A stretch of DNA of 64,000 nt from Glaucostegus cemiculus (Eukaryota): positions 22,444,001 to 22,508,000 of the forward strand of contig CDPCPM010000106.1 in assembly GCA_976551045.1 (NCBI GenBank), given 5' to 3'. Position numbers and translations under genes: made by a program. Of the stretch, positions 10,780 to 23,222 are shown piece after piece. The notes below the pieces were generated by a model. It was not told where the DNA came from. It did not search any database and saw only the letters and a list, made by a program, of their open reading frames with translations. Every line of letters starts with the position of its first letter. Positions within the stretch are counted from its first letter, which is position 1.

Positions 10780-12590
10780 GACACAAGAATTAGAAGCTCC
10801 GAGTAAGTTATCTGATCACGTGGCTGTTCTCCTATTCAGTGAGATCATGGCTGATCTTTTGCTTTAGTGCCTCTTTCCTACACTAACCCCATATCCCTTG
10901 GTTCCCTTAATTATTTAATAATCTTTTGCTCTCTGTCTCAGCAAAGTCACTTTACAGCCAACCAGAGTGGTGAATTTCCAAGATTCGCTGCCTTCTAGAT
11001 GAAAAAATATATTTCCTCATCTCCATCCTGAATGGCTAACCCCTTATTTTGAGACTGTGACCACAGGTTCTAGACACTTAAGACATCTCAGCCAAGGGAA
11101 AATTCAGTTTTGTATTGGCCTTGTCAAGCCCATTTTGATGTTTCAATGAGATTACCTCTTTTAGACTTACAGGCTTGAGAGTACAAGTCTAGTCTGCTTA
11201 ATCTCTTATACGATAAACCTGCCATTTCAGAACTCAACCCATTGAACCTTTGTTATGCTGCTTCTGTCACAGAATATCCTTCCTTGGGTAGGGAGACCAA
11301 ACCTGTACCCGATATTTTCAGTCACCTGAGACTCTATAATTAGAGAAAAACAGTTCATCTTGTACTAAAAGTCACTTTTATTAAAGACCAACATACCATA
11401 TGCATTCCTAATTGCTTGCTGAATCTGCATATTAACTTTGTGACTCAGGTACAAGGATTCCCAGACTTCTCTTGACACCAATAACTTATGATCTCTCTCC
11501 ATTTAAAAACAAAACTGTCTTTTATTTTTTCTTCTTCCAAAATGACTGATTCACATTGTCCATGGTATGTTCCACCAGCCATTGCCCATTCATTTACTCT
11601 GACTGTATTCCCCTGAGGCCTCTCTGCCTTCTCCTTGCAGCCCATTTTGGTACTTAAGTAGTATTAGTAAGGGAACATGGCTACATTGTATTTGATCCCC
11701 TTATCCAAGTCATTGTTAAAGACTGTGAATAGCTGATGCCTTAATACCAATCCCCTCGGTACCCCATTCGTCACAACTTGAAAATGACCCATTTATCCCT
11801 CTGTTTTTTGTCAGGTAACCAGTGCTCAATCCACACAAATATATTGTCCACAATATCATGTGCTCTAATTTTATTTAATGATCTCTTACCAAAGGCCTTG
11901 TGAGAGTCAAAATATACCACATTAACTGGTTCGGCATTGACTATTCTGCTAGTTGCAGCCTCAGAAATTCCAATGGATTTGTCAAATATTTTTCTCTTTC
12001 AGAAATCCATGTTGATTCTCCAAAATCCTCTTTGTTTTCCACTTCCCTAACAACAAATTCCAGCATATTTCCCACTGGCTGGTGTCAGGCCAACTGGATC
12101 AATAGTCTTCTCTCAAGTAGTTGGTCCCTTCCAATCTGTAGGAAATCTTCCAGAATCTAATGTAGAATTTTGTAAACTGATAATGATTCTACCATCACCA
12201 ACGTAGCTTCCTTGAAAGCCGTAGGATGCATGTCATCAAGTCATAGGGATTTATGTCCTTTCAGTCCTATTAATTTTTCCAACACCTTGTTGCATTTTTC
12301 TTTTACTAATGCTGATTACTTTCAGCTCCTCATTCACTCTAGACCTAGATACCTCCACAACTTCTAAGCTTTTTTTTTTCCTGTGTCTTCCACAATGACA
12401 ATCAAAATGCTTGTTTAATTTCTTTGTCATTTCCTTGTTCACTAATATAGTTCTCCCCTCTCAGTCAAAAAATGACCCTCTTTCACTTGTGCTAATCTTT
12501 TCCTTTTACATTATTTATAGGGGCTCTTACAGTTAGTTTGCTTCTCACTAGCTTACACTGGTATTCTACTTCCCCTTTCCTTATCAATGC
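10780..12590 (-). mobile_element. Old CR1-like LINE, heavily degenerate
   Basis: Reverse-strand CR1-like segments (gagatcatggctgatct; cccttattttgagactgtgacc; tcccaccagcc..gcccattcatt) and ORF remnant NKEMTKKLNKHF. Confidence 0.65.
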
Positions 12591-13781
12591 CTGTTAAATC
12601 ACTAGGCTCATGCATGTTGGATTTATACTTAATGTTTATAAATTGTTATCTGAAGACTGATCATCCGAAATCACGTATTTGGCCTCTGCAAACTATTTCT
12701 GAACATTTGGTGTCAGCATTTTTTGTATGACTTTCCTTGGTATGACTATAGTGTGCAATGATTACTCCAAACCTAAAAGAATTAACCTAGTGACTTTTTA
12801 TCTAGCTAGTTTTATACATAGTTATCTCAAAAGCTATAATATGCATAAAAACCATTTTGTAAGAGTTGGATATCTGTTTCCATTTCCCAGAAATGTGCAG
12901 GTGAATTCTGCAGTCAAGGAAATGTTTTATACCCAAGTTTATGCTCCTCGAAGATAAATTCCACTGATAGAATTAAATCAAAACATGATTTTGTTTTATA
13001 CCTGTAGGAACAGACCAAGCGAGAGGTATATTCTCTTCTGCAGATGACAAGCAAGAACTTCTCTTGAAGGGCTGAAATTAGTTTAAATAAAATCTTAAAC
13101 AAATAAAGGAATTATTTTAAGTGATAGTTGTGAATAACTAAAATACAGAATCTTCAAAATTTTACCAAAGACTACTAATAGAATCAGAAAAATGTCAACA
13201 CAGGAACTCCACTGAAAAGATGATGATAAGAAATATCAACAAACCACATGCCTTTCATACTCTTTTTTTCCAGGCCTGTGATATGTATAGAATATCATTA
13301 TTTATAACGTGAGGGAAAGGTTGGAGTTTCTATAGATTTTTACGTTTATTTGGTCATTATACATGTGTTATTCACATTTCTTAGTGTTCTTTTAAATATT
13401 GAGTAACGAGTTTTTTTTTACATATCTAGGTTGAAATGTGATCTGAGTTCCTATGTTTTCAGATCCCTGGAGGTAGCATTACTTTCACGTCAACTTTATT
13501 ACCATCTTTGGCTTGCTCTTTGTCTTGGATAATGTTTGTTTAAAAAAAATTGCATAGACCTCTCAAACTAAAATTCAAGCTATCCTTCCATTTTGTACCT
13601 TTGAGCTTGATTTCAATCTGTCCTGTTTTCCAAGAGATCTTTGTATCTAAGTTATTTTAATTTTGCATTGTCTTTAGTACAGTTCACACCATAAATCCTA
13701 TATCCCTTGAGGAAATTTCATTGGATAATATTTCATTGTGACCTTTTGTGAGCAGTGTTGTTTTTCATTCTTCCATTTCAG

Positions 13782-13943
13782 ACATTCCAAAAGGTTCAGG
13801 TGGATCCTATACAATACAAACTTCAGCAGGCCAATGGAGTAGGCCAGGGTCTTATTCAGAGTGCTGCAAAGAATGCTAATACACAAGGACTTGAACATGA
13901 TCTAGATGAAATTAATACCAGGTGGAACACACTCAACAAAAAG
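13782..13943 (+). CDS. MACF1: MACF1 spectrin-repeat exon ([11 protein letters not shown]...RWNTLNKK), phase 0-0
   Basis: ttccatttcag| acceptor, |gtcagt donor, 162 nt. Peptide matches the recalled MACF1 rod ([24 protein letters not shown]). Confidence 0.95.
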
Positions 13944-15180
13944 GTCAGTTTTTCCTTTTCATTTGTGAAAAGCAACTTTTTTTGGTGGGGGGGTGTGAGG
14001 GTAATATAAGTCATTTATTCTAAAGGAAAAGTATTAGAAACTATCTTTAATAATCTCTGTACACTGAGACTGTATAAGCAATGATTAGTTCAAAGGAAAT
14101 TTGGTTCGTTCCTTAAAATAACAAGTTGATCCATCAATTGAGACTTCACCACTTGTCTCTGGGTCTTTTGCAATTTTGACTTTGCAGAATTATAGCAGGT
14201 CAACATACAGAAGTGGCAGGCACAGGTGACAGATCCCTCTCAAGAAAATCAAGACCACCCATATTTTGTGACCATTCGAAACGTGTAGTATAGAACACAT
14301 TATTTAGAAGTGCAATCACAGTTGCTTTTGAGTTGAACCTTGCGGCCATTTTCCATGTGTAGATGCCAACAAGTCTTCCATTAAATCAAGCCAATAGTTA
14401 TAGAACAGAAAGAGACCAACTTCAATCCAGCCCATATGAATGATATTTAGCTTTGGTAGGGTAGCACTAAAGTGATTATAATTGACTTTGCTGCACGTTG
14501 TTTCCACTCCTGAGAAGTTCCAGATATCTCTGTTGAAACTGTAAGTACACATAACAGATGATGGAAGATCTCGGTTCCCTCTGTGTTCCTAAGCAATTGA
14601 ATAACCAAACATCACTCATTGTGAGCTGATACAAATTAAAAGGCAATTGGATGAGCATGCGAGTGTACTTAAACACCATTACACATAGAGCAATGAGAAA
14701 AAGATTTTACGAAAATCATAAATTGATAAAGATAATTAGATGTTTAGGTTCCAGAGTTGAAAGAAATATTTGCAATTTAGACAAGAAAAATGGGCTCTGC
14801 TTCAGCTGAAATACAAAAGAATAATTCAACAGGTCTTAATTCATAAAAGCAATGTCTGAACATTTGCCTTGTTTCAGTTACGGTTTTAAACCCATTGATA
14901 ATCATCTACCCCCTGTTGGTGCCCTGTGGGACAGCAGGTGGTGAGTCATGTCCACCATGGCAGATGATTGTCCACTTTCAGTTACTCCTTTCCTTTGCCT
15001 CTGCCACTTCATCTCTTCCCTATCCCCAACTCTTACCAGCACCACCCCCACTTCCCAGCCCTCTCTGTTCTTCTCTTCTTTCCCTCCAATCAGTTCACTC
15101 TTAATATTTGCCTTGTTATTTGCTTTCTACTTGAGGAGCGGAAATTAAAATTGTTAATACTGTTTGTAATTTTTTTCCAG

Positions 15181-15351
15181 GTGGCAGAACGTATATCACA
15201 GTTACAGGAAGCGCTATTACATCGTGGAAAGTTCCAGGATGCTTTGGAACCTTTGTTGAGTTGGCTTACTGATACAGAAGAGCTAATTGCCAATCAGAAA
15301 CCTCCTTCAGCAGAATATAAAGTGGTGAAGGCACAAATTCAGGAGCAGAAG
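15181..15351 (+). CDS. MACF1: MACF1 exon ([13 protein letters not shown]...VKAQIQEQK), phase 0-0
   Basis: ttttttccag| and |gtattt, 171 nt, spectrin-repeat peptide. Confidence 0.96.
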
Positions 15352-17849
15352 GTATTTTCTGTTCTACAGAGTGGTGTTATATGTGGAATGTTTTCAGTAC
15401 TTGCACTTGACTGTTTATATTTCAATAGCCATACACTAAAAGGGTAAAACTTAAAACGTGAGGCAAACTTGTGAAGTACCTTATTGCATTTTTCATTTCC
15501 AGCATATGGGCTACAAAGAGACATTTGTTCCATTTGCAGAGATGAACAAATGGCTCTCCATTGGATCTATGCCAAATTGGAATAGCTAAAATCACTGCTT
15601 CTCTGCAGTTCTTTGGAAGAATGATACTCATTTCAATGCCAGTTTTCCATCTTTTCTTAAAGGGTCCTGGCCTGACGAAAGTATTTGGAAAAACAGGCTC
15701 CCCCCCCCCCGCCCCCCAACAGATGCACAATGTGATAACTTAACTCCATGAAAATATCTCTTGTGTTGCTTGTGTAACTTGAACATAAGGAAACAGATGT
15801 TCAGTCTTTCACTTCCCTCAGCTCAAAAGCAGCAGGCCAGCAAATGTTTTCTTCAAGGCCATGTCACTGCAGAATTCAGTGGTGTGCAAGACCACTACAC
15901 GTCGCTTTAAGGAAATAAACTAAATGTGGGTCTAGTAGATCACTGGATGGGCAGACTGTTATCAAGGATTAAATCAGTCTGGGGTGCCAGTCATAGTAGA
16001 TCAAGAAGTAAGTTAATTTGTATCATCAAATATGGGTCATGATTGGCAAAGAAGTTGGGCAAGAAGTCATTCTGAGAGGTTGGTAGGGAGCTTTGAGAAG
16101 AAAGTTGGCTTCTGATAAATAGTAGGCAAAATGAGGGCAAATGCCATGTGCCAAGGCTAGATAGAGGGATTGGGTTAAGATCTGAACCATAAGGTAGGGG
16201 GCTGAAGCAGCAGATGATGAAGAGGGAGTGTTGCATGGCAGATCAGTGGTTGGGGCATTCAGGTAAGGGAATCGATGTCGTAAAGGGGGTATTAGGGTTT
16301 GTGATAAGGATGGCGCCGAAAAATATTATGGACAATAGAACTCATTAAGTGCACCATTTTCCTTTACAAGTGATTTTTCATTGAAATTGAATTGCTTAGT
16401 GCCCAAAAATGATGCTGCGCAATCCACCATTTAATCAAATGACTTTTCAAGCCCATTCAGTGCTGAGCATATAACCACTGTTTTGAAACTCTAGTGCACC
16501 CTAAAGGGCATATTATACTAAGCATGAATGTAGTGGAAGAATGATCACAATGGTTGTTGTCCCATTGCATCAAAATTCAGGTGCAGACAAGGGGAAAGTG
16601 TGGACATTCTGCTTGGTGATCAGGGTGTGTGTGGTAATGGGATTCAGATGGGAAGGGAGGGTCTCATAGGTAGGTTGAAGATCTGATGAAAGGCTGATGG
16701 GGTTAATCAGTGCAGGATTAGGATTTTGTGTGTGCCTCAGGACCTAGCTGAGTATTATACTTGCAGTCCACTTAAGGCAATGCTGCATTTTAAGCCTGTG
16801 TTTTCCAGGGACCATCCAATTAAGACATCTCTGTGACAATGTAAAGGCAATTTACGCCAGATTAAATTGATTTTCAATGAACTTCGTGGTTCACATTTTA
16901 ATAAAACACTTAAACCATAAGGCTATGAGAGGTGTTTAACATTGTTGAAAATGGCTTAGCAGTGGGGTAAATGTGATTTAGATAATATGTTTATATGAAT
17001 CATTCTAAAGTAGTTTTGGAATTCTAGAGTTTCATTTGTGTTGTATATTGTTTTAAGCTCAGTGTTCCATGTTCCTGTCCCGTTTATAGTGTGGTAGAAT
17101 TTGTGGATGAGAGGATTCAATAACAAAGTAAACAAACAGAGATTTCAAGTGGGAGAGATTAGTTCCAGGCTCCCAATAAACTTTTCAGATTTTACTGTTA
17201 AAAAAAATGATTTTTCTGCATTGAGGAAGATCAGAGTTGTGTTTATGGATATCTTTGGAGATAAGGGAATGCAGTTCTGTCGGGGTTGTGATGTGGACTA
17301 CTCTGATGGGACTGGAACAGTTCCAGCTTTGTGAAGTTAAATTTGCCTACTCATAGTTAGAAAAGCATAAGTCCTGGAAGTTTGAAAAGGTTGGCAACCT
17401 GGTGATACCTCACAATCTGCCTGCAGTAGCATTCTTGAATGTTATTGTTGCATTAAACTCAGATGTAAAACTAATCAAATCAATGGAGTCTTTATCATGG
17501 AGCATTTTTGGCTGACAGTTTTGGCACAGTTTCCGGCTGCTTTTCTGTGAGCACTGCTATGTTTAATCTTTATATTTGTAGTCTTCCCATTGCCCGTTTT
17601 GGAAAAGCACATGGTAAGTGTGTAGGTTAAGAGAAGGAAAAGTAAATTTATTCATGCTTGATATAACTGCCATGGAATTGAAAAACTTTTGCAGAACAAA
17701 TGCTTATTTTTCCATTAAAATTCAATCAGTCTTACAGGACAGTATGGTTTAAGATATGGAAAAGAAAATTCTGCATATTTTAAGTTTATGGAAAGTGTAG
17801 GAAAGCTTGGATAATCCAATACCCAATTGTTGGACTTCCTGATATTTTG

Positions 17850-18041
17850 GCAACAAACAATCTGCTGGGGGAACTCAGCGGGTCAAGGAGCATCAGTGGA
17901 AGGAAAGGAATTGTCAACGTTTTGGGTCAAAACCCCATATCAGGGTCCTGATACAGGGTTTTGAACTGAAATGTTGACATTTCATTTCCTTCCACAGATG
18001 CTGCTTGACCCACTGAGTTCCTCCAGCAGATTGTTTGTTGC
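17850..18041. repeat. Fold-back (palindromic) element with ~95-bp arms, probably Penelope-derived
   Basis: Arm 17850-17944 is the reverse complement of 17947-18041 with about 12 mismatches by manual alignment; centre atcagg-gt-cctgat. Confidence 0.9.
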
Positions 18042-18548
18042 TCCATATTCCAGCATCTGCAGTCCCTTGTGTCTCTGATGGTCCAGCATCTGGTGTAGTT
18101 ATACATCCAGAATACGAGCTGGGGATCCAGATGTGTGGCCAGACAGAAGTTTGCATGTGGCCAGGGCAAGCATCGTGACTATGAGTCAGGTGTTTTGTGG
18201 TGCTGGGGCCAGGAACGTGAATAAGTTTGTGGCCAGAGACAGGGTCTGGAGGGCTTATATATTTGATACTTTTTTTAAACTAACCAGGTTCACTAGGAAA
18301 TTGTATCATGTAAAATAAAATGAAATAAAAGTGTGTTTAGGTTAGTAACAAGAGTAACATCCAATAGTCCAAAAATCCACAAGTTTAGCAGTACAAAAAT
18401 CCCAAAAGTGTCTTGCTATATAAAGAAATGTTGGTACCTTTAGGTATTCAGGGCCAATGCTTCACAATATTGTTCTATGGGGAAAGCAAAAACACATTTA
18501 AATCTCAAGTTCTTGAAACTATTTGTGCTAATTGTTTTTTTCCCTCAG

Positions 18549-18715
18549 CTCCTGCAAAGACTACTAGATGATCGCAAATCCACAGTGGAGATTATTAAGG
18601 CTGAGGGAGAGAGGATCGCAGAGTCGGCAGAAGCGGTAGAGAAGGATAAAATCCAGAAACAACTGCAAAATCTGCGAGAGAGATGGGATGGTTTGCTCAA
18701 CAAGGCTGCTGCAAG
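18549..18715 (+). CDS. MACF1: MACF1 exon (LLQRLLDDRK...NKAAAR), phase 0-2
   Basis: tccctcag| and |gtataa, 167 nt. End phase matches the next exon. Confidence 0.95.
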
Positions 18716-20761
18716 GTATAAGGCCTTTTTAGTTTCATGTAGGTGGAGACAAATCAAGAATGGTCTAGAAACGTTCTTCACTTTTTCAGAACTAGTCATT
18801 CTTAGCCAGGCACAGAATTTGAGGTTCAAATATCTTAGGATATATTTTAATGAGCCAGATCTCCACCCATTCTTGTCACCCACCTATGTGGTGAGTGCAA
18901 GCGTATCTAATTGAGGTCCACACTTGTCAGCTTGACTCCCAAACCTCAGTGGTAATCACCTGCATGGCATAAGGAACTTGCACAATATAATATCAGCGCT
19001 TTTCAGAATCGTTGGAAACTCACTTTGAAGAATTTAAAATATTTTTATTAAAATGATCACAAACTGAAACACTTCAAAAGCTGCCAGCACTATTTAAAAA
19101 AAAACAAACCATGCTTAAATAATTTACATTTTTCTAATCAATTATTTTCTTTTTCCCTCAGACCCACCTCTCTATTCAAATGAATGAGTCACAGTTTGTT
19201 CACTTGATGCAACCTGACAAGGTTTCAAAAGCGGGTTTCCACTATAAGTGCTGGAGAATTGCCAAACTACCATGATCTGCTGCTGGATTCTGTGAGGTGT
19301 CCAACAGCAGACTGTACTCACGAAATGACAGGTGAAGAATGCCCTGCAAATCTGAGATTTTTCTCTTTCTGGCATTTTTCACCTGGTGACATTTATGCAG
19401 GGAAATGCCAGAAGTTCAACTTTGAAATGTCAACATTTCCCGGCAAAATCCAGCCCAAAAACCCGGTTGCTCGAATAATAGTGTAATGATGCAGTAATTG
19501 CTGAGATTCATATCAGTATTATGGGAGGACAAACAATAAAACCGCATTTACAGAACTTTCAGTGTTTCTAAAATTATAGATGTGTCATTATACAAAGAGA
19601 ATGTCAGAGGAGAGCACTTAAACTTGATCTACATCTATATTGTTGATTATATTATTTTCATACATTTGAAAAGGGAAACTGACTTAATGGAAAAGCTTGC
19701 TCTTGTTGCATTTGAACTCAGAAAAATCTCAACGTATGCTTTAAAAACCTTTGTATGAGCACTGTGTGTGAACTAATGATAAGGTTTTGTTGCAGCTGGT
19801 GTGGAGTAGATTTTGTAATAATTTTTGGGTTGGTAAACATTTGACTGCATTTGTGCTATAATAACTTCATGAATCATGTGTGTGTGCAGCTGCATAGCAG
19901 ATCACTGTCAACATCCTTTACAACAGCTTAATGTAGACGCAACATAATAGTTTCTCCATTTTAGGTTCATAGTTCCATTCATGTACTCAAGTGTTTACGA
20001 TTTGGAAGAAATGCAAGTGTTTCTACTGAGGATCATACACTAGGGGAACAACTCATTTTATTTGAAGATTTCATTTTAAATACTATGTATATGGATAAGA
20101 CTTGGTATGAATCCAATGATACTGATTATAGATACGTGTCCTTATTTAAAAAGGAACACCCTTATTTAGGCATTTGCAAATGGAAAATTCTGCACAGAGG
20201 TTCACATAGTTCCTATGGCATTCATCTTAATCATAGTAATCACACAGGATAGATTTAAAAATACATGTCCTTTTTCCTGTAGCTTAGTGAAATCTTCTGA
20301 ATCCATGGTTGTGTAGTAACATTAGGATCTGAATTATACATTCTGCAAATCCAGGAGCTGGTGTTTCTCCCCCTCAAGGAATATACCCCGCAGAGCTTGC
20401 AAAAGATATTGCAATTTTATTTTGCAAACTCTAAAGCAATTGTGCAATTTGCTACATCAAAAACTATGATTAGTTGACAATCCTGTTTATTTGATTTAGT
20501 CACATCTTCACGTTAATTTTTTCTTGTGTGGGGTCAAATGATGTGAAGCAGCTGTTTTTGCACATTAACTGATTTAAGCAGTCACAGCTTGGTCAGTTAG
20601 CTTAGCTGGAAGTTGTTGCTGATCTCTCTAAGTTGGGATATATTAAATGGCACATTTGCTTTATATTGATTTGTGATTCTGTTTGCATGAATACTTACAC
20701 TGCAAAAATACTTAAAGCCGATTAGAACTATCACAGTGCCTTGCTTTATATATTAATACAG

Positions 20762-20921
20762 GCAGAGGCAGTTGGATGATATTTTGGTTATTGCAAAGCA
20801 GTTCCATGAGACTGCAGAACCCCTGAATGACTGGTTGACCAGTAAAGAGAAGAAATTGGCCAACTCTGAACCTGTAGGAACTCAAACTGCTAAAATACAA
20901 CAGCAAATTACACGCCACAAG
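20762..20921 (+). CDS. MACF1: MACF1 exon (QRQLDDILV...QQQITRHK), phase 2-0
   Basis: aatacag| and |gtaaga, 160 nt, contains [20 protein letters not shown]. Confidence 0.95.
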
Positions 20922-21891
20922 GTAAGAGATAGCACTCCATATCAATTCAAACTTGTGTATGGACTATTTTTAATTGAAAACTATCCTCACGGTGCAGTTT
21001 CTTTGTTCTTGATATTGAAACATATAGTAACCTGTTAGAACAAGGGATGAAACGCACAGGATCCCCTAACCTATGGTAAAAAAGTGCCCAATGATTTGGA
21101 ATAAATTTCTGAAATGTACAAGATTCCAGATTGATTTCAGGTAATTGCAGTGCTGGGATGAAAATCTCTACCCTTTATAAGACAAAATGTACCCAATACA
21201 GGAAGTAGCAAAAAAATACTTGGGCTTAAATTTCAGGCGTTGTTAAATTTTTCATGAATAGCATGGAAGAAAAGATAAGCCAGGAGTAGGCCACTTGCAT
21301 AATGCTGTTACCTAAAGGAAGCAATACTACTAATGTTGCAAATAAGCCAGAATCTGGCCGTTTGAACTTACAGACTTTGACTTTGTCTTTAGCAAAAGTC
21401 TTGTCTGCAATGCATGTGAATGAAACAATTATGCAAATTCTTGCCAAAACACTTATGCAAGTTGCATAAGCAATCTACTCACATATCTTACAATCTCTTT
21501 GGTGCTAACTTCATAAATAGTTATGATGTACATCTCCCTACTATAAAAGAAATTAATATTAGGATTTTGTGTCTTACTGCATTGATTTTGTATTCAATTA
21601 AGACATTTCCATAAATGTACCCCCTTTAAAAAATATCCCTGTAACTTGTAGTGAAGCTCCTCCACCCTGCCCCCATCAATTCATCATGAGCAATTGGACT
21701 CCAATCAAGACTCTTAATTTCTAGTGTCCTCACCTCGTTTATTAGGTGTCCACTGGGAACTTCTAATGCTCCATGCAGGTGGCCTTAAGTGTTGGCAGTA
21801 ATCTCAGCAGAGGGCATGGAAGAGGTGGAATCAGAATCAAGCCAGTCATATCTTTCTCTAACGTCCATGTGTGGCCAAAGGAATGATCAAT

Positions 21892-22131
21892 TTTAAATTT
21901 AAATTTTATTTACAGCGTGGTAATGGGCCCTTTCGGCCCAACGAGTCCGCGCCGCCCATTTTAAACCCCCAAATTAACCTACCCGTACGTCGTTTAGAAT
22001 GTGGGAGGAAACCGGAGCAAACCCACGCAGACACGGGAGAACGTACAAACTCCTTACAGTCAGCGACGGGAATCGAATCCCGATCACTGGCGCTGTAACA
22101 GCGTCACGCTAACCGCTATGCTATTGTGCCG
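21892..22131 (-). mobile_element. tRNA-derived V-SINE (HE1-like)
   Basis: Reverse complement of the 46461-46710 copy with a small internal deletion. Contains A/B boxes, the V-domain-like core and a LINE-like tail. Confidence 0.88.
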
Positions 22132-22620
22132 ATTTTCTGAGATACTGTACAGCAAAGTACGAATATATGGTTAGTAGTGTCTGTGTGGAGCATTTGCTAA
22201 CACTGTTGTTTTATGTTTAGAGCATGTGTTAAAATAATGCCCAAATTAATGATTTGAGTCTCCAGTATCCAGTTATAAATAATCTGTGCGCAATATGTTA
22301 GCCAAACGTAATTCTCTATCTGTCTTTTTTAAATTGTACAATATTAATGTAGAAATGTTGCACAATAAAAGCAGTATCAGCACAAGAATGTTTTCAGCAT
22401 TACCAAATTGTGAAGAATTAGCTTTGCAGATGTTTGCTTTCTTGCACCGAGAGCTCATTTATTATTCTGTTTGATTTTAGCTTTAAAAGTGTTTTAGAAT
22501 TTTCTTTGAAGTTGTATCAAGATTTTTTTGTTTGGCCCAGCTATCGTAATTTTTGTTGCCGTACATTTTAAGCTTTGTCAAATTTGCCAGTTTATAGCCT
22601 ACTTTTTTCTGCTAGGGCCT

Positions 22621-22692
22621 ATAAGAATTGTATCTGTTCTAATTTGGAGATTTTCCATAAGAATTGTATCCATTCTAATTTGGAGATCTTCC
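22621..22692 (+). repeat. 36-bp tandem duplication (2 copies)
   Basis: ataagaattgtatctgttctaatttggagattttcc followed by ataagaattgtatccattctaatttggagatcttcc (3 mismatches). Confidence 0.95.
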
Positions 22693-22895
22693 AGCTCAGT
22701 CTAAACGTTTATTCTTTCCTCCCTTTTTGCCACACCTTGGAAGAATTTGCAATGTTGAAGATTCAAATTAAGTGCAAGTTACTGAGTTTATGTTGATGCA
22801 TGTCTTTCATATATTAGTTCCATTTTCTTTTTTTTGTTGAAATTTTTCAATTCATAATTCATTTTCTTCACGCTGTAATTTTATCCTTGGTTCAG

Positions 22896-23222
22896 GCATT
22901 AGAGGATGACGTCACAAACCAAAGGGAGAACGTGCAACAGGCAGTCGATGTCGGCCAGTTTCTCACGACATTAAGTGCAAAACCAGACCAGGAAATGGTA
23001 GAGGACAAGTTGGAGTCTATCCAGACTCGGTATAGGGAGATTAGGGACAAGTGCAGCCGAAAGGCAGTCCTGCTCCAGCAGGCCCTTGCCAATGCCAAGA
23101 TCTTTGGAGAGGAGGAGGTGGAGGTGTTGAATTGGCTGGCTGACGTTCAGGACAAACTAAGTCTGGTGACCATCAAAGATTACAAATCTGACATCCTGCT
23201 TAAACAGCACAAAGAGCAGCTG
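22896..23222 (+). CDS. MACF1: MACF1 327-nt exon (ALEDDVTN...QHKEQL), phase 0-0; likely cassette
   Basis: ggttcag| and |gtattt, 109 aa, contains FGEEEVEVLNWLA. Confidence 0.93.

Noticed and set aside
17935-17980. Active hammerhead ribozyme
   Set aside because: The catalytic CUGANGA box is mutated on both strands. Reported only as a degenerate relic.
19367-19413. 11-bp inverted repeat ttctggcattt/aaatgccagaa
   Set aside because: Too short, and I could not define termini or a target duplication for an element around it.
22621-22692. CRISPR-like 36-bp repeat
   Set aside because: Two adjacent copies with no spacer, in a vertebrate intron with no cas genes: a simple tandem duplication.
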